Shown here: positions 1 to 13,736 of the stretch, in pieces
Numbering within the stretch: the first letter of the stretch is position 1
How the letters are laid out: each line of letters starts with the position of its first letter
Assembly: GCF_006345805.1 (NCBI RefSeq)
Contig: NC_043016.1
Span: forward strand, 2,666,001 to 2,730,000
Length of the DNA: 64,000 nucleotides
DNA from: Octopus sinensis
Taxonomy: Eukaryota
Direction: 5' to 3'
Position numbers and translations under genes: made by a program
Notes under the pieces: model-generated
Database searches by the model: none
What the model was told of the DNA's origin: nothing
The model's input: only the letters and a program-made list of their open reading frames with translations

Positions 1-542
1 TAGATAGATAGATAGATAACTTTTTATTGTAGCCACACAGGGCTAAACACAGAATAAAAATGGACGAAATACAATGTAGAATTTTTTCTTTTCGAGGTGG
101 GATGGGTGGGGCAAGAAAAAAAAAAAAAAAAAAAAACGTTTGATCAATAGGGATCTGTGGGTTGTGTGGTGTATAAAAAAGCAATATATATATATATAAG
201 GTTCACAGTTTAGGTGTAGTCTTGGAAAGAAAAACCTACAAAAAAGACCAAGGTCACCTCAGGCAATTCGAAAAAGAACACATGAGTAAGTCGCCTTACT
301 TCTCGTTGTCTCTTTTGGTTACAGATTTATGCTTAAAATAGTGTCGTCTTTCATACTGACCATTTTTGCCACTTTTACCCACTTTTTATTAAAACATTCG
401 TTCGACAAAGCCTTCCTCTCTATTCTCATCCTCCTTTTCAAGTGGTACTTGAAAAAGTTGACGAGAGACTGACCAGAGAGGAAGGTGTTTGTTTGCAGTC
501 CTTTCAAACGCGTCCACCACACACATTCTTTCGCCATAGCCA

Positions 543-1556
543 TCAGCGTAACGAAAACCGTTTCCCTTCCCGTTTAAAGGAAGGTGGTGGAACAATATTC
601 ACGATAGACTCGGCCGATAGGCGAGCCTGACCTACACGTGACAACAGCTGTTCGACGAAGGACCACAGCTCTGAAATATCTGGACACTGCACGAGTGCGT
701 GCAGAACGGTTTCGTCGCTCTGACCGCATCTCGGGCAGGTCGGTCCGGTGATGGTTTTCGAACCGTGTCTGTAGCTCTTCTCTCGAACAGGTAGTGCGTC
801 TCGATAGCACTGCCAAGCCAGGGATTTCTGGAAGTTATCCATAGGCCCCGGCCCGAACGTCGTCCTGAACAGGCGGGTTAGGAATTCCTCGTCGACGCCC
901 AGGTTTGCCCCGAGTGTGTCGTCGGACCTCCCCTCCACTAGTCCTCTATAGAACGCTTTAGTCGTTTGGAAGTTGCACAAGTTTGACCCCGGTCGGCAGA
1001 GCTGCTGTAGAGCTTGGCGACACTCTCGGTGCCAATCGCCCAGTTTCGGTCTCTTTTTGATCCACGTTTGCAGTTCGGTCAGTGAGACGAGCTGCGGGAA
1101 GTCGCGCCTCACAAACGGCGCCCACACCTGTTCACCGTCGTCGATGAATTTCCAGAGATGTCGCAGTCTCAGCGCATGCCTGCGCATCATCAACCACGGC
1201 ATGCCCAGTCCTCCATTCAACGGATGTTGACAGCAAATGGACTTCCTCACCATCGGAACGCCACCCTTCCACAGGAAGCGGAAGAGTATGCGTTCCAGTT
1301 TGGTGATGGTGGCGTCGGGACAAGGTACGACGGTCAGGCGGTAATCGATGACGGATGCGATGTACGCGTTCGCCACCTCCGCCCGGCCTTTTAGAGACAG
1401 CTTTCTCTCGGCCCATGTTTGGCTGAGAGCGACCACTCTACTCGTGATCTCGTCCCAGTTCTTATCCATTTGGAGGTCCGGACTGAACCAGACCCCGAGC
1501 AATTTAACCGGTCCGTCCGTCCAGCGTCCCACTACTGAGCCGCAGTCGGACGGCAT
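543..1556 (-). pseudogene. Tx1 ORF2 C-terminal part (RT thumb and zinc-binding domain), frameshifted from the RT segment
   Basis: KLLGVWF, LSLKGRAEV..A.IAS, GGLGMP, CPRCGQSDETVLHALVQCP. Confidence 0.9.
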
Positions 1557-2512
1557 GGGCTTGCTTTCCAGGTGCCGAGTAGCAAACCCACTGACTTTTC
1601 CGGGTTAATCTTTGCTCCCGTCACCGTTTCATATTTTCTTAGTGTCTCGCCGACCAGCTCGATGTGCTGGTAGCTCGACACTATGACGGTGACATCGTCC
1701 GCATATGCCGACACGCTCGTCCCGCAACCCAGTTCCCGTGGGATGCCCCTCAGTGTCGCCAGCTTCCGCAGTAGCGGCTCGAGAGTCAATACATACAGAA
1801 GCGCCGACAGGGGACACCCCTGACTGACCGAACGCGTGATGTCAAACGGTTTTGACAGGTGACCGTTTACCCGAATCACCAATCGGATGCCGCTATACAA
1901 GGCAGCGATCCAACCGCGGAAGACGGGACCGAAGCCAGCCGCCCTGAGGACGGCCGCCAAGTACCGATGGTCGACCCTATCGAAGGCTTTAGACTGATCC
2001 AAATTTATCAGCGCCCCACCCATGCCAGGATCCTTAACTACCCTGTCCACAATGTAGCGCATCAGATGGAGGTTGTCATGTATGGTTCTGCCCGGCACGG
2101 CGCATGTTTGCGCCCTGTCGACCAGTTTACCAATGACAAGCGCCAACCTCTCGGCTATTACTTTGGCCAAAATTTTCAAATCTGCGTTGAGCAGAGTGAT
2201 GGGCCTGAAATTATCTATAAAATTCCCCTTGTTTGAGTCTTTCTTCAGCAACGTCACTGCACCTCGGCTCACGAAACCGGGGATTCTCCCGTTTTGTTGC
2301 CAGTTGCAGTAGACTGATGCCAAGAGGTCGCCAAACAAGTCTGGCATTCGACAATACAGCTCGTAGGGTAAACCATCCAATCCAGGCGACTTATCCCTCG
2401 CGCAGCCCGCCATCGCATCCCACACGTCAGCGGCTGTGATGGGACTTTCACAACACTCCGCCTCTCTTGCCGAGAGCCGCGGCAGGTCGGTCAGGTAGGC
2501 ACTGAAATCCAT
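1532..2512 (-). pseudogene. Tx1 ORF2 reverse transcriptase segment
   Basis: KSPGLDGLPYE, FRPITLLNADLKILAK, LDQSKAFDRVDH, QGCPLS, AYADD. Confidence 0.93.
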
Positions 2513-2614
2513 CCCTCGTTCCGACCCACCACTCGCACCAAACAGTCGAGCAAAGTGCTGTTGAAAGGCCTCGAGTAAACTGCATCCCTGTTGATCTATT
2601 AGAGACCGAATGGT

Positions 2615-3748
2615 TCATCTGTTGCCACGCTGCGCCTCCGCTACCCGGGCCTCTCGCGCAGCTTCAATCCCTTCGTTCCTTAAGGCACGCATTTTAGCTC
2701 TGACGACGCAACCTTCGTGCTTGGCGTTGAGGTGTTGGTCGAGGGCCATCCTCGCAGCTAGCACGTTGGTTGCGCTGCCAGTGGTAAGTGCCTCTTCTAG
2801 TTTCTTAACTAAGTCTCCCTCTACTCTATTTCGTTCTATCGCTAATTCCTTGCTAAACCTAATTGATTCCGATTTTATTGCCATTTTCAGGGCGTACCAC
2901 CAGCGGTTGTTAACGACCGCTCCCGTCAGCGCCCTCTTAATTAACTCGCTAATCCGGTTCCTGTAAACCTGTCGCGCTAACAGCGACGTGTTCAGTTTCC
3001 AGTAACCGGGACCCTGCCTATGTGTTTTATCTAAGTCGAGCGTACACGTAACAAATTTGTGATCTGTGTAGCTGACTATTTTAAATTGTGGACATCCTAC
3101 ACTATCCCTATCCGCTGTCCTGCATAGAATTCTATCTAGATAAGATCTCGACGATCCGACGCGGTTTGTCCAAGTCCACGTTGGCACGTTCGGATGGTCG
3201 AGTCGGAACCTGTCAGACAAATGGAAACGTCTGAGCAGGTCTTTGAGGCTCTTACACCCCCTTCTATTCCTATCCCTTCCCACATAATCTAGATGCGTGT
3301 CCAAGGTAGCGTTCCAATCCCCTACTAACAGTAAAGGTCTAGACGTACCCAGGAAAACCTCTAGACGTCTGAAGAAATCCGCCCGACCCGTTAAGGACGG
3401 TGCATAAACTGCCATCAGACGGAATGCACACCCATTTCTGCCATCCACGTCCAAGACAACCAGCCTACCCTCCGGGTCTAGGAATATTGCTCTTACTTTT
3501 ACCTTTAGACTCTTTCGAAAAAGCACCGCAGTACCTCCACCACCCATGTTCGGCAGACAGGGAGAAAAATAAATGTCAAATTGATTGCCAAACATGGACT
3601 CGAGGGCCCGCGGCTTACTGAGTCTGGTTTCACTGATAGCTACTATATCCACGTCCAGTGACTTGATGTCGTTTAGAAGGTAACCTTGCTTCCAAGCCGA
3701 CGCCAAGCCACGCGCATTCACACAACCTAATTTAAGCATACTTGACAT
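2615..3748 (-). pseudogene. Tx1 ORF2 APE-type endonuclease segment
   Basis: CVNARG, VAISET, AVYAP, GDWNA, SYLDRI, YTDH. Confidence 0.93.
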
Positions 3749-4459
3749 TTACGAAAATTGTGTTTTACACACTATATTAGAAGAGACAAGAGGCAAGAAG
3801 TGAGGTCACTTACTCATTTTAAAAGTTTCATTTTTTTCTTCTTCTTCTTTGTATCGTTTTTGATGAGGTGTTTGTATAGTTTTTTCGACAGGTATCGTTG
3901 ATACCGCCTACCGCATTCGGAAATAATGTTTTCAGTATGTGGTGTTGTGCTTGTGTTATGTGTAAAATTCTGATGTGTTTCGGTGGTGTGGTGTGCGGAT
4001 GATTGTTTGTCTTAAAATCATCTTCACAGACGACCATGTTAGATTTGATGTAGTCCATTAATTCTTTATTGTCTGTGTCTATTGCAGTTAGTTGTGTGTG
4101 TGTTTTACGGGTTCATTACTTTTTTGATTGTCTAGGGGAATGTTGTCCTGCTGAGTGAGATATCTCCTGCTTTAATCCTTGTTTGGTGGATTTTTGGATC
4201 TTTTTCTTTTACCCCTGTGGCTATTTGCCATTCCGTCGAACTTTCGTCGTCCGAAGGTATCAGTATGGGGTAGAGGAAAAAGAACAGGATCACTATGTAT
4301 GCTTGTATAAATTGTTGATGTTTTGTGCGGTGTTTGTGTTGTTGTGGTGTTAGGGGTAGCATTTGTCTTCTCGTCAGTGTTTCTGTCTTTTAATTGTCGT
4401 CCTGGGTGTGGGTGTGGGTCGATTTTTGAAGATTCAACAAGTTTAATTGGTGTGTGACG

Positions 4460-4714
4460 TCAACGGTGATTGTGTTGGTACTGTTTTTCTTGGTGATGTT
4501 GTGGGGTTTGTTGTTTTTCTTGGCGTTGTTCCATAATTGAGTGTGTTGGTGTTGGTGTTGGCAACAAAGGGATTTTATTTGTTTTCTGAATTGTTCTTTC
4601 TTGTTTTTTCTGTACCAGATCGCACTTGGCAATCAAATGTTCGGGGCTGCCACATTTGTAGCATCTAGGCTTTTTGCCTTCTGCCATAACATATAGGCAT
4701 TGCCCATTCTCCAA
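4460..4714 (-). pseudogene. Tx1 ORF1 fragment with CCHC zinc knuckle; ORF1 is broken over roughly 3780-5690
   Basis: PRCYKCGSPEHLIAKC (CX2CX4HX4C). Confidence 0.8.
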
Positions 4715-5873
4715 GTATATCTTGTCGGGTAGGCTCTCGATAGAGCCCCCTCAATCTGGATGGTCACAACTACTGTTTTTCCACCCCAATTGTCGTTTAG
4801 GTACACGGCTGTTTCTAGAATATTGATCTTTTTCAAGTGGTAACAGATTGCCCCTGTATCCATTTGTTCGGCATATCGGGGGGTACATTTCTGATAGTAA
4901 TTCTACTCACCCTCTGGTTTTTATAATAAGGGACCATGATGATTTCATCATTCCCAGAGACTCAGTAGAGTGAGCTTTTGCCACTTCCTGGTTAGGGAAG
5001 CGGACCACTACTGTGTTAAACTGGGGACCCCAGTTTATATACTCTTTTTCTTTCATTATGTTTTTTAAACATTTTCCACATCAGTTTTTGTAATCTGTTC
5101 ATTTGGTTTTTGTTTTTTCTAATAATTTTATATACAATTGTCTTATTTTCTATTTCTTGTTTTATATGTTGAGGTGTATGCAGGACTAAATCTTGTCCAC
5201 GGGTTGTAAAGAGAGCTCTTGTTTCTATGAGCTCTTCATGTGTGAATGTAACAATCTCCTTTTTCTGGCGAAGAATATCTGCGAAATTTACTGTTGTTGA
5301 CTTTTTGTATTGGCATCTTCACTATTAGATAGTTCATTTTTATTGTTGTTCTTGTTGTTGCTGGTGTTTTGTCAATAGTTTTCGTTTCAGTTTTATTTTT
5401 ATCATTTATGTTGGTCGTGGTAGTGGTGGGGTGGTGGTGGTGGATGTGGTGGTGGTAGCAGTTGTGTCTCGTGGTGCTTGGTTGTTGTTGTGTAGTGGTG
5501 GTGGTGGCGGTGGTGACAGGGCTGTTAACGCACGTGGTTGCAGCGGTCCTTTCACCGAATTTCACGTTTGCATTTTCCGTGCGAACGTTCTTTTTTTCTC
5601 TGTCGTTTCCAGACTAGGAAAATGTTGTTCCAAAAAAGAACGCGACCAGCGTTCAACAATAAAATTTCTAGACATTTTCTAATGTCGAGAAGAAAATAAT
5701 AGAAATGAAATGGGGTCGAAACTGCCCCTAGGGGCGAATTCCTCCCTGGAAAAGCACTCAAATGAAAGTTGGTTGCCTTACACACCTTATTTGCAAAGAT
5801 CTACACAAAAATTGGCCTATAAATAGTCAAAATAATGATTACCTTCGGAGCTGAGACGACATCACATCCGTCA

Positions 5874-5875
<2 letters not shown>

Positions 5876-5966
<91 letters not shown>

Positions 5967-6051
5967 CAGGTAGATATATAAATGGATAGATAGATAGATA
6001 GATAGATAGATAGACGGGTAGATATATAAATGGATAGATAGATAGATAGAT

Positions 6052-6118
<67 letters not shown>

Positions 6119-6169
6119 CAGGTAGATATATAAATGGATAGATAGATAGATAGATAGAAAGATAGATAT

Positions 6170-6214
<45 letters not shown>

Positions 6215-6283
6215 CAGACAGATAGATAGATAGATAGATAGATAAACAGGTAGATATATAAATGGATAGATAGATAGATAGAT

Positions 6284-6350
<67 letters not shown>

Positions 6351-6368
6351 CAGGTAGATATATAAATG

Positions 6369-6430
<62 letters not shown>

Positions 6431-6470
6431 AAAGAGAGATGATAGATAGATAGATAGATGTAGATAGATA
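5876..6470. repeat. (GATA)n/(TATC)n array, the 3' tail of the Tx1 copy at 6471-7634
   Basis: GATA tandem with five interspersed (CA/CG)GGTAGATATATAAATG variant units. Confidence 0.95.
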
Positions 6471-7634
6471 ACTTTTATCGTAGCCACACAGGGCTAAACC
6501 ACAGAATAAAAATGGACGAAATACAATGTAGAATTTTTTCTTTTCGAGGTGGAGGGTGGGCAAGAAAAAAAAAAAAAAAAAAAAACCTTTGATCAATAGA
6601 GATCTGTGGATTGTGTGTGTATAAAAAAGCACTATATATATATTATATAAGGTTCACAGTTTAGGTGTAGCCTTGGAAAGAAAAACCTACAAAAAAGACC
6701 AAGGTCCTCAGACAGTTCGAAAAAGACACATGAGTAAGTCGCTTACTTCTCGTTGTCTCTTTTGGTTACAGATTTATGCTTAAAATAGTGTCGTTTTCAT
6801 ACTGAGCATTTTTGCACTTTTACCCACTTTTTATTAAAACATTCGTTCGACAAAGCCTTCCTCTATTCTCATCCTCCTTTTCAAGTTGTACTTGAAAAAG
6901 TTGACGAGAGACTGACCAGAGAGGAAGGTGTTTGTTTGCAGTCCTTTCAAACGCGTCCACCACACACATTCTTTCGCCATAGCCATCAGCGTAACGAAAA
7001 CCGTTTTCTCTTCCCGTTTAAAGAAGGTGGTGGAACAATATTCACAATAGACTCGGCCGATAGGCGAGGCCTGACCTACACGTGACAACAGCTGTTCGAC
7101 GAAGGACCACAGCTCTGAAATATCTGGACACTGCACGAGTGCGTGCGAACGGTTTCGTCGCTCTGACCGCATCTCGAGCAGGTCGGTCCGCTGATGGTTT
7201 TCGAACCGTGCCTTCTCTCGAAAGGTGAGTGCGTCTCGATAGCACTGCCAAGCCAGGGATTTCTGGAAGTTAAGATCTATAGGCCCCGGCCCGAACGTCG
7301 TCCTGAACAGGCGGGTTAGGAATTTCTCGTCGACGCCCAGGTTTGCCCCGAGTGTGTCGTCGGACCTCCCCTCCACTAGTCCTCTATAGAACGCTTTAGT
7401 CGTTTGGAAGTTGCACAAGTTTGACCCCGGTCGGCAGAGCTGCTGTAGAGCTTGGCGACACTCTCGGTGCCAATCGCCCAGTTTCGGTCTCTTCTTGATC
7501 CACGTTTGCAGTTCGGTCAGTGAGACGAGCTGCGGGAAGGCGCGCCTCACAAACGGCGCCCACACCTGTTCACCGTTGTCGATGAAATTCCAGAGATGTC
7601 GCAGTCTCAGCGCATGCCTGCGCATCATCAACCA
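6471..7634 (-). mobile_element. 5'-truncated second copy of the same Tx1 family
   Basis: Near-identical to 19-1195, including the 3' UTR and the junction to the (TATC)n tail. Confidence 0.93.
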
Positions 7635-7689
7635 GGGAATGGCATTGGACATTTGGGTGGTCTTTAGTTTGTGCTAGAGATCATAGAGC

Positions 7690-10600
7690 TCCCACGTCCC
7701 TGAGCCTGCGACTCATATCGGCATCAGACATCTCGCTCTGGCTTGTCTCTGAATAATTCAATAGAGTGGAGAGGGTCTATGAGGTGTCGTGCAAGCCTTA
7801 TTGGACCTAAACTGCACAGGCATTGCTGACCTCTGCTCGATATGTGCTGCTTTTTTTGTCCTATATATATGTATTTTCATTTTTAGTATATATTTATGTT
7901 TTTTTTTAGTATATATTTATTTCATCCTTATTCGGGAGTCCTGTGGCGATGGAAAGGTAATGAAGCATGCATACCTGATAGGTAGGAAGCACGCAGGTAG
8001 TCCAGCGATAGGATTCGGTTACTGCATGGGTGTCTGAGAAGCTCCATTTGGAGAGAGCACTGTTCACTCGGAGGCCTGGAAGGTTCTAGAAAAGCTGAAC
8101 CAAAAATTTCCTGTCTTTCTATATCTGGTCAGTTTAGCGCGACTGGCGGATGTCCACCCTGCGCTCGGAAAACAAAAGGACATTAAAAAAAATATCTGGA
8201 TGGATCTTGAACATTTCATGTTGGAATGTGTGCACAGAGTTGGAGAACAAGACTGACTGAAAGCCTGAAAGCCGCACTGCGCTTGTTGCTCGCGAGCTGA
8301 ACTGCTATAACATTGATATAGCTGCACTTTCAGGGACTCGTATCGAAGGTGATGGTCAGCTTGAGGAAGTAAGAGGTGGATAAACCTTTCTTTGGAAGGG
8401 AAGGCAGAAGGAGGAACGCAGAGAGGCTTTGCATTTCGATCTGATATCCTTAAGAAGTTGGAGGAGCTTCCTGTTTCTATAAATGGACGTCTAATGACCT
8501 GAATGGAGTGGGCGGTTTGCAACTCTAATAAGTGCCTATGCACCTACTTTGACTAGTTGTGATTAAGATAAAACTATTCTTTATACCCAGCTGAGAGAAA
8601 TAGGAAAATCCCCAATTTTGATAAAGTCATTTTACTGGGGTATTTCAAGGCCAGGGTTGGATCAGACTGGCAAACATGGAACTCTCTAGGACGTTTTGGT
8701 GTAGGGAAAATGAATAGTAATGGTCTCATGCTGCTGGAGCTTTGCGATAAACATGGACTTTACATCGCAAACACCCATTTTGTGCTCAAAGTTGATCGCA
8801 AAACAATGTGGATGCATCCAAGATCTAAAGTTTGGCACTTGCTGGATTATGTCATCATCCGCAAGCGTGACATGTATGACATTTGTAATATCAAGTCCTT
8901 TCACAGCTCGGAATGCTGGACAGACCACAAAATGCTGGAGCGAGCAAAGTTCTGGATGATGATTAGAGTGAAAGAAAGAGGTGAAAGTTAGCATACCTCG
9001 GCGTCTGAATATCCACAAGATATATGATGCTGTGCAGAGAAAAGATGTTCAGGCTCGCTTCTCCAGCATTGAAAATACTACAGTATGGGAAGATTTTCAA
9101 CGTGCTTCTGAAGCATTGGAATATGCTACTGCCAGATACAGAGATTGGATTGATGAAAAAGATACAGAACTTCAGTGACTATTGGTTGTAAAGCACCATG
9201 CCCACAGCGTATTGCTGCACAGAGAACTTTCAGCTGTGCAGCAAAATCTATCACTTGCCCACTATAGCAGTGTAAAATCACTACTGCAACAATCTCTCGG
9301 AAAGATGCAGAACACTGAGTGGGAGGATCTTGCTCGTGATGTTCAGGCTGCTGCTGATGCAAATGACAGCAAGAAGCTTTCTCGTCTTATGAAGCAAGTT
9401 TATGAGCCTTAAAGCTCTGTAAAGTAGAAGACACATTGGAAAGCAAATGAGCTGCATCAGCTCCCTTGCTTTCCAAGGAGTCTTCTACTTTATTTACCGA
9501 ATCATAAGAAATCGCTGGATTGAACACTTCTCTGAACTCCCATGAGTCAGTTGTGGATGAAACAGTGACTGATACAATGCAACAAAGACCTATAATTGGC
9601 TGCTTAGACTCCTCGCCCTCAATAGATGAGATAACGACAGTAATAAGTAAATTTAATCTTGGTAGGGCTCCTGGAAGAGATGAAATATGTGTTTAGGTCT
9701 TGCGATTTGGTGGTGAGTACATACATTCCATTCATGAACTTATTAGTGTAGTCTGGAGGGATGGTGCAATGCCTATGGACTGGAAGGATACAATTATTCT
9801 TCTCTATAAAGGAAAAGGAGCTAGAACAATGTATGGTAACTACAAAGGTTTCGCTCTACTATCAGCTACTGACAAGGTTCTGGCAAATATTCTTTTTACC
9901 CGCCTTAATGGGTGTCTCGTAAATGGTGTCCTGAATCTCAGTGTGGCTTCCGATCTGGTGGAGCGACAATGGATATGATTTTCACTGCGAGACAGATACA
10001 GGAGAAGTGCTATGAGCAGAATATGGATCTTGTCCAGGTATTCATTGATTTAACCAAGATCTATCTGCGAATAGGGCCCTGCTATGAAAAATACTTGGCA
10101 AACTTGGATGTCCAGACCGCTATGTATCTATAATTAAATAATTTCTCGATGGGATGGAGGCTTGGGTCAATGTTGGTGGTGGCATGGCGGGACCCATTCC
10201 TGTAGAGAATGGTGTCAAACGGGGTGACATCCTTGCCCCAGCTCCCTTTTCTTTGCACTTTGCTGCTCCTTTTACTCATGCCTTTGCTAAGGTTAGCTCT
10301 CTGGGATTCTTTGTCAGGTACCGATCTTCCGGCCACCGCTTTAATCTGCACCGATTTGCTGCCAATTCAAAAGTTTTCTAGTCTCTTATTCGTGACCTCC
10401 TTTATGCAGATGACTGTGACTTGGTCACTCATACAGTGGATGACATGCAAATACTTATGAACCATATTTCTGCTTCTTGTAAGACATTTGAACTCAGCAT
10501 TAGCCTGGACAAGACTGTTGTAATGTTTCAGCCTGCACCAGAAAATCTATATGTGGATTTAGCTATCTTAGTTGAAGGAACAATACTGAAAGTAGCTAGA

Positions 10601-11214
10601 TAAGTTTGTCTACCTGGGCAGCACACACAACTATTCTTGCTAATGGATGATGAAATATCTTTCAAGCTGCAGAGAGCGAGTGATTCCTTCCAGTATCTTC
10701 AGTCTCCTGTCTGGTCCCAACATGGCATCGCAAGGAGAACAAAAGTCGCTGTGTACCGTGCATGTGTACTGACATCGCTCCTTTACTCACGTGAGACATG
10801 AACCTTTTACAAACATCATGTAAGGGTCCTTGGACGCTTTCACCAGAGATGTCTGAGACACATTCTTAATTTTAGCTGGACTTTAAAAACTCAAGACACA
10901 CAGATCCTGAGGAAAGTTGATAACTTGAGAAATGAGCACCTTATTAAAATGATGGGTAGCAGGATCCCTAAACAGATGCTATACGGGGAACTTGTTAGTA
11001 GAAAGAGACCACAGCAGAAACTAAAGCTGCGATTTAAGGACTGTGTCAAGTCCTCATTAGAGGCCTGTGATATGCAGGAGACGGACTGGGAGAGCAATGC
11101 CTGTCATCGCCATAGAAAGAGGATCCGCAAATGCAAAATATGTTAGTCCTAGAGTGGACAATGTTCCTGAATGTCAGCAATGGTCTTCCTCGGTCACATG
11201 TGGACGGCCATCAT
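7690..11214 (+). mobile_element. Old, degenerate RTE-clade LINE (APE plus RT) with a (TATG)/(TACA) microsatellite 3' flank
   Basis: Fragments WMHPRSKVWHLLDYVIIRKRD, QCGFRSG...DMIFTARQIQEKC, GVKRGDILAP, LYADD, RIPKQMLYGEL; many stops and frameshifts. The 5' boundary is approximate. Confidence 0.88.
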
Positions 11215-11393
11215 GTATGTATGTATGTACCTGCACACTCATATACATACACATACATACATACATTCATACATACATACATACATACATACATACATAC
11301 ATACATACATACATACATACATACATACTACATACATACATATACATACATACGTACATATATACATACATGCATACATACATACATGCATAC

Positions 11394-11424
<31 letters not shown>

Positions 11425-11440
11425 ATATATATTATATATA
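11215..11440. repeat. (TACA)n/(TA)n microsatellite
   Basis: Direct reading. Confidence 0.95.
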
Positions 11441-11553
11441 TACAAAATGAGAAAATGGAGAAACATACCTAAATCAATCATCAACCATCAGATAATACCC
11501 ATCAATACTTTATTAAACCATTACACAACAGCAGTTATATTATACATAATATT

Positions 11554-11598
<45 letters not shown>

Positions 11599-11695
11599 AT
11601 ACATAATGTTCTGTTCCGTTATGGTAAGATCAATAACAAAAGTACTCCATTGGTGAGGGATAAATATTATTTAATAAACACAATGCATGTCTTTA

Positions 11696-11752
11696 CGTGC
11701 TACTAACAGTGTCATATGTCGAGAAATACCTCAAACATATTCATCAGGCAGG
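11696..11752 (-). ncRNA. Degenerate type I hammerhead-like motif (family G)
   Basis: CCTGC-CTGATGA-ATATG..CATAT-GACA (GAAA mutated)-CTGTTAG-TA-GCACG; near-palindromic stem III ACTGTTAGT. Confidence 0.55.
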
Positions 11753-12061
11753 AACCACACATCATTACGAACTAAAAATTAAATTGGAGAGGAAACGCGA
11801 AGAACTGAGAAGGCAACACAGAGAAAACGTGGAAGAGTTTTGAAAAGGCAAAACGGAAAACGGAAAACAAAAAAGTAAGAATCAAAAAGTGAAAACGCTA
11901 ACTGAATTCTCCAGCCACCAAATATCGCAGGCATATGTGTGTATGTATGTACATACATATATATATGTACGTACGTATGTGTCTGTGTATATATGTATGT
12001 GTATATGTATGTATGTCTATGTAGGTACGTGTGTGTATGTGTGTATATGTACGTATTTGTG

Positions 12062-12111
<50 letters not shown>

Positions 12112-12774
12112 CATGTGTGATTATACATTCACATATATGTATATATATATGTGTGTTGTGTATATGTAATATGTATGTATTTATGTATGCGTGTATATAT
12201 TTCTGCATGAATGTATATATCTGTCTGCCTTTCTGTATGTATATGCGTATTTGTATCTTTGAATATATATATATTTGTATGTGTATGTTTTATTACAGCC
12301 CAATTTGACCCCTGTATGGAGCAAAAAATTCAAATTACATACGTACAAAAAAGCAAAGAAAAAAAAAGCAAGAAATAAAATACTATGTAGTACAGTATTA
12401 ATTAATTGACTTGCACAACACCGGCACTGTTATCATATTAACAGGCCAATTTGATTTATCGAACCTTGTATACACAATAAATAACTGTTAGTTCCTATTG
12501 TCTTTGTGGACAGAAAACTGGTAATCTCTCTTTTCTGAAGGTTTAACAGAACCCGAAACTAGTTTAATTGATTTCTTTCGTTTCCCTAAAAAAAAAAGAA
12601 AAACCCAGAAAATAAAAGAAACGAAAAGAAAAGAAAGAAAATGATGTAGCATACATTTTTAATAATCTTAAAAAGAATGTTGCATAGTGCACAATTGATA
12701 TATGATTATATACGATTATATAAATACACAGACTCACATATATATATAACAATGCAATCACATCCATACGGTAT

Positions 12775-13589
12775 ACGGTCTGTCCTGAAGGACTTTCGGG
12801 CCGGGGCCAATGGATAATTTTCAGAGGTCGCTCGCCTGGCAGTGCTACCGAGGGGTTGTGCCTGTTCGGGATAAACTCTACCTGCCCGAGGTGTTGCCAG
12901 GACGACGAAACCGTTCTGCACGCACTCGTCCAGTGCCCGAGTATTGCTGAACTATGGGTTTATGTCGAACAGCAACTGTCACGTGTAGGACGGATCCGGC
13001 TATCAGCCGAATCCATAGTGAAGGTTGCCCCGCCGACCTCCTTTAACAAGGAGGGCGAGGCCGTTTTCTTGTGCCTAGTGGCTGTGGCGAAAGAGGTTGT
13101 ATGGTGGACCCGTTTGAAAGGGCTAAAGTCAGACACTTTCCTCTTTGGTCAAGGCCTCATCAACGTTTTCAAGTTTCACTTGAAAAGGAAGATGAGGTTA
13201 GAGAGGAGAGTGCTGTCCGATAGCAAGTTTTCTAAAAGGTGGGTGAATTGTGCGAGAATGGCCAGTATAAATGGACCAGTTCTCAGGTTTCGCCTGTGAT
13301 TCAAAAAGGTACTATAAAAGGAGAAAAGGGACTCTCTACCCCCCTTTTTGACCAGGCTCCTGTTGGCTTTTATGCGTTTTTTTTCCACCAGGAACCTTTC
13401 GAAGCGCCTCCCCCTATTGGGAGTTTTTCATTGTTATATTATTTGATTGTTACAATGTTTTTACACGATTTTTTCGCAAACGGACAAAACCCTTTGTAAC
13501 CTTTTGTCCTGCTTTGTCCCTTTATGTTGTCTAATCATGTGTGTCAGCCCTTGTGGCCAATAAAACGAATTAATTATTATTATTATTAC

Positions 13590-13632
<43 letters not shown>

Positions 13633-13650
13633 AACATCATCATCATTATT
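12775..13650 (+). mobile_element. 3' fragment of a second Tx1 subfamily with an (ATT)n tail
   Basis: CPRCCQDDETVLHALVQCP; homologous to the C-terminus at 543-900; ends AGCCCTTGTGGCCAATAAAACGA then (ATT)n. Confidence 0.9.
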
Positions 13651-13691
13651 ATTATTACTATTAGCAGTAGTAGTGGTGGTGGTGGTGGTAT

Positions 13692-13736
<45 letters not shown>

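Larger units (their letters stand above)
19..5764 (-). mobile_element. Tx1/L1-clade non-LTR retrotransposon, near full length, frameshifted; (TATC)n 3' tail runs off the window start
   Basis: In order on the minus strand: gag-like CCHC knuckle, APE endonuclease, RT, C-terminal CxxC...HxxxxC. The 3' end is AATAAAAAG followed by (TATC)n. The 5' end is uncertain: 5764 (CATTTG, the same first bases as the element at 43681) or up to 5875. Confidence 0.92.

Noticed and set aside
5801-6632. Long ORFs such as the 228-aa and 253-aa YLSI-repeat proteins, and similar HTYI, YVCM and poly-I/L/Y ORFs at 18113-19938, 23366-24104, 28732-29514 and elsewhere
   Set aside because: They are translations of stop-free microsatellite frames, with no coding signal.
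12535-12565. Hammerhead-like CTGAAG-GTT..AACC-C-GAAA-CTAG-TT with an ACTAGT palindrome
   Set aside because: A9 is missing and no stem I pairing is possible. It is at best a badly decayed relic, so it is not counted among the families.
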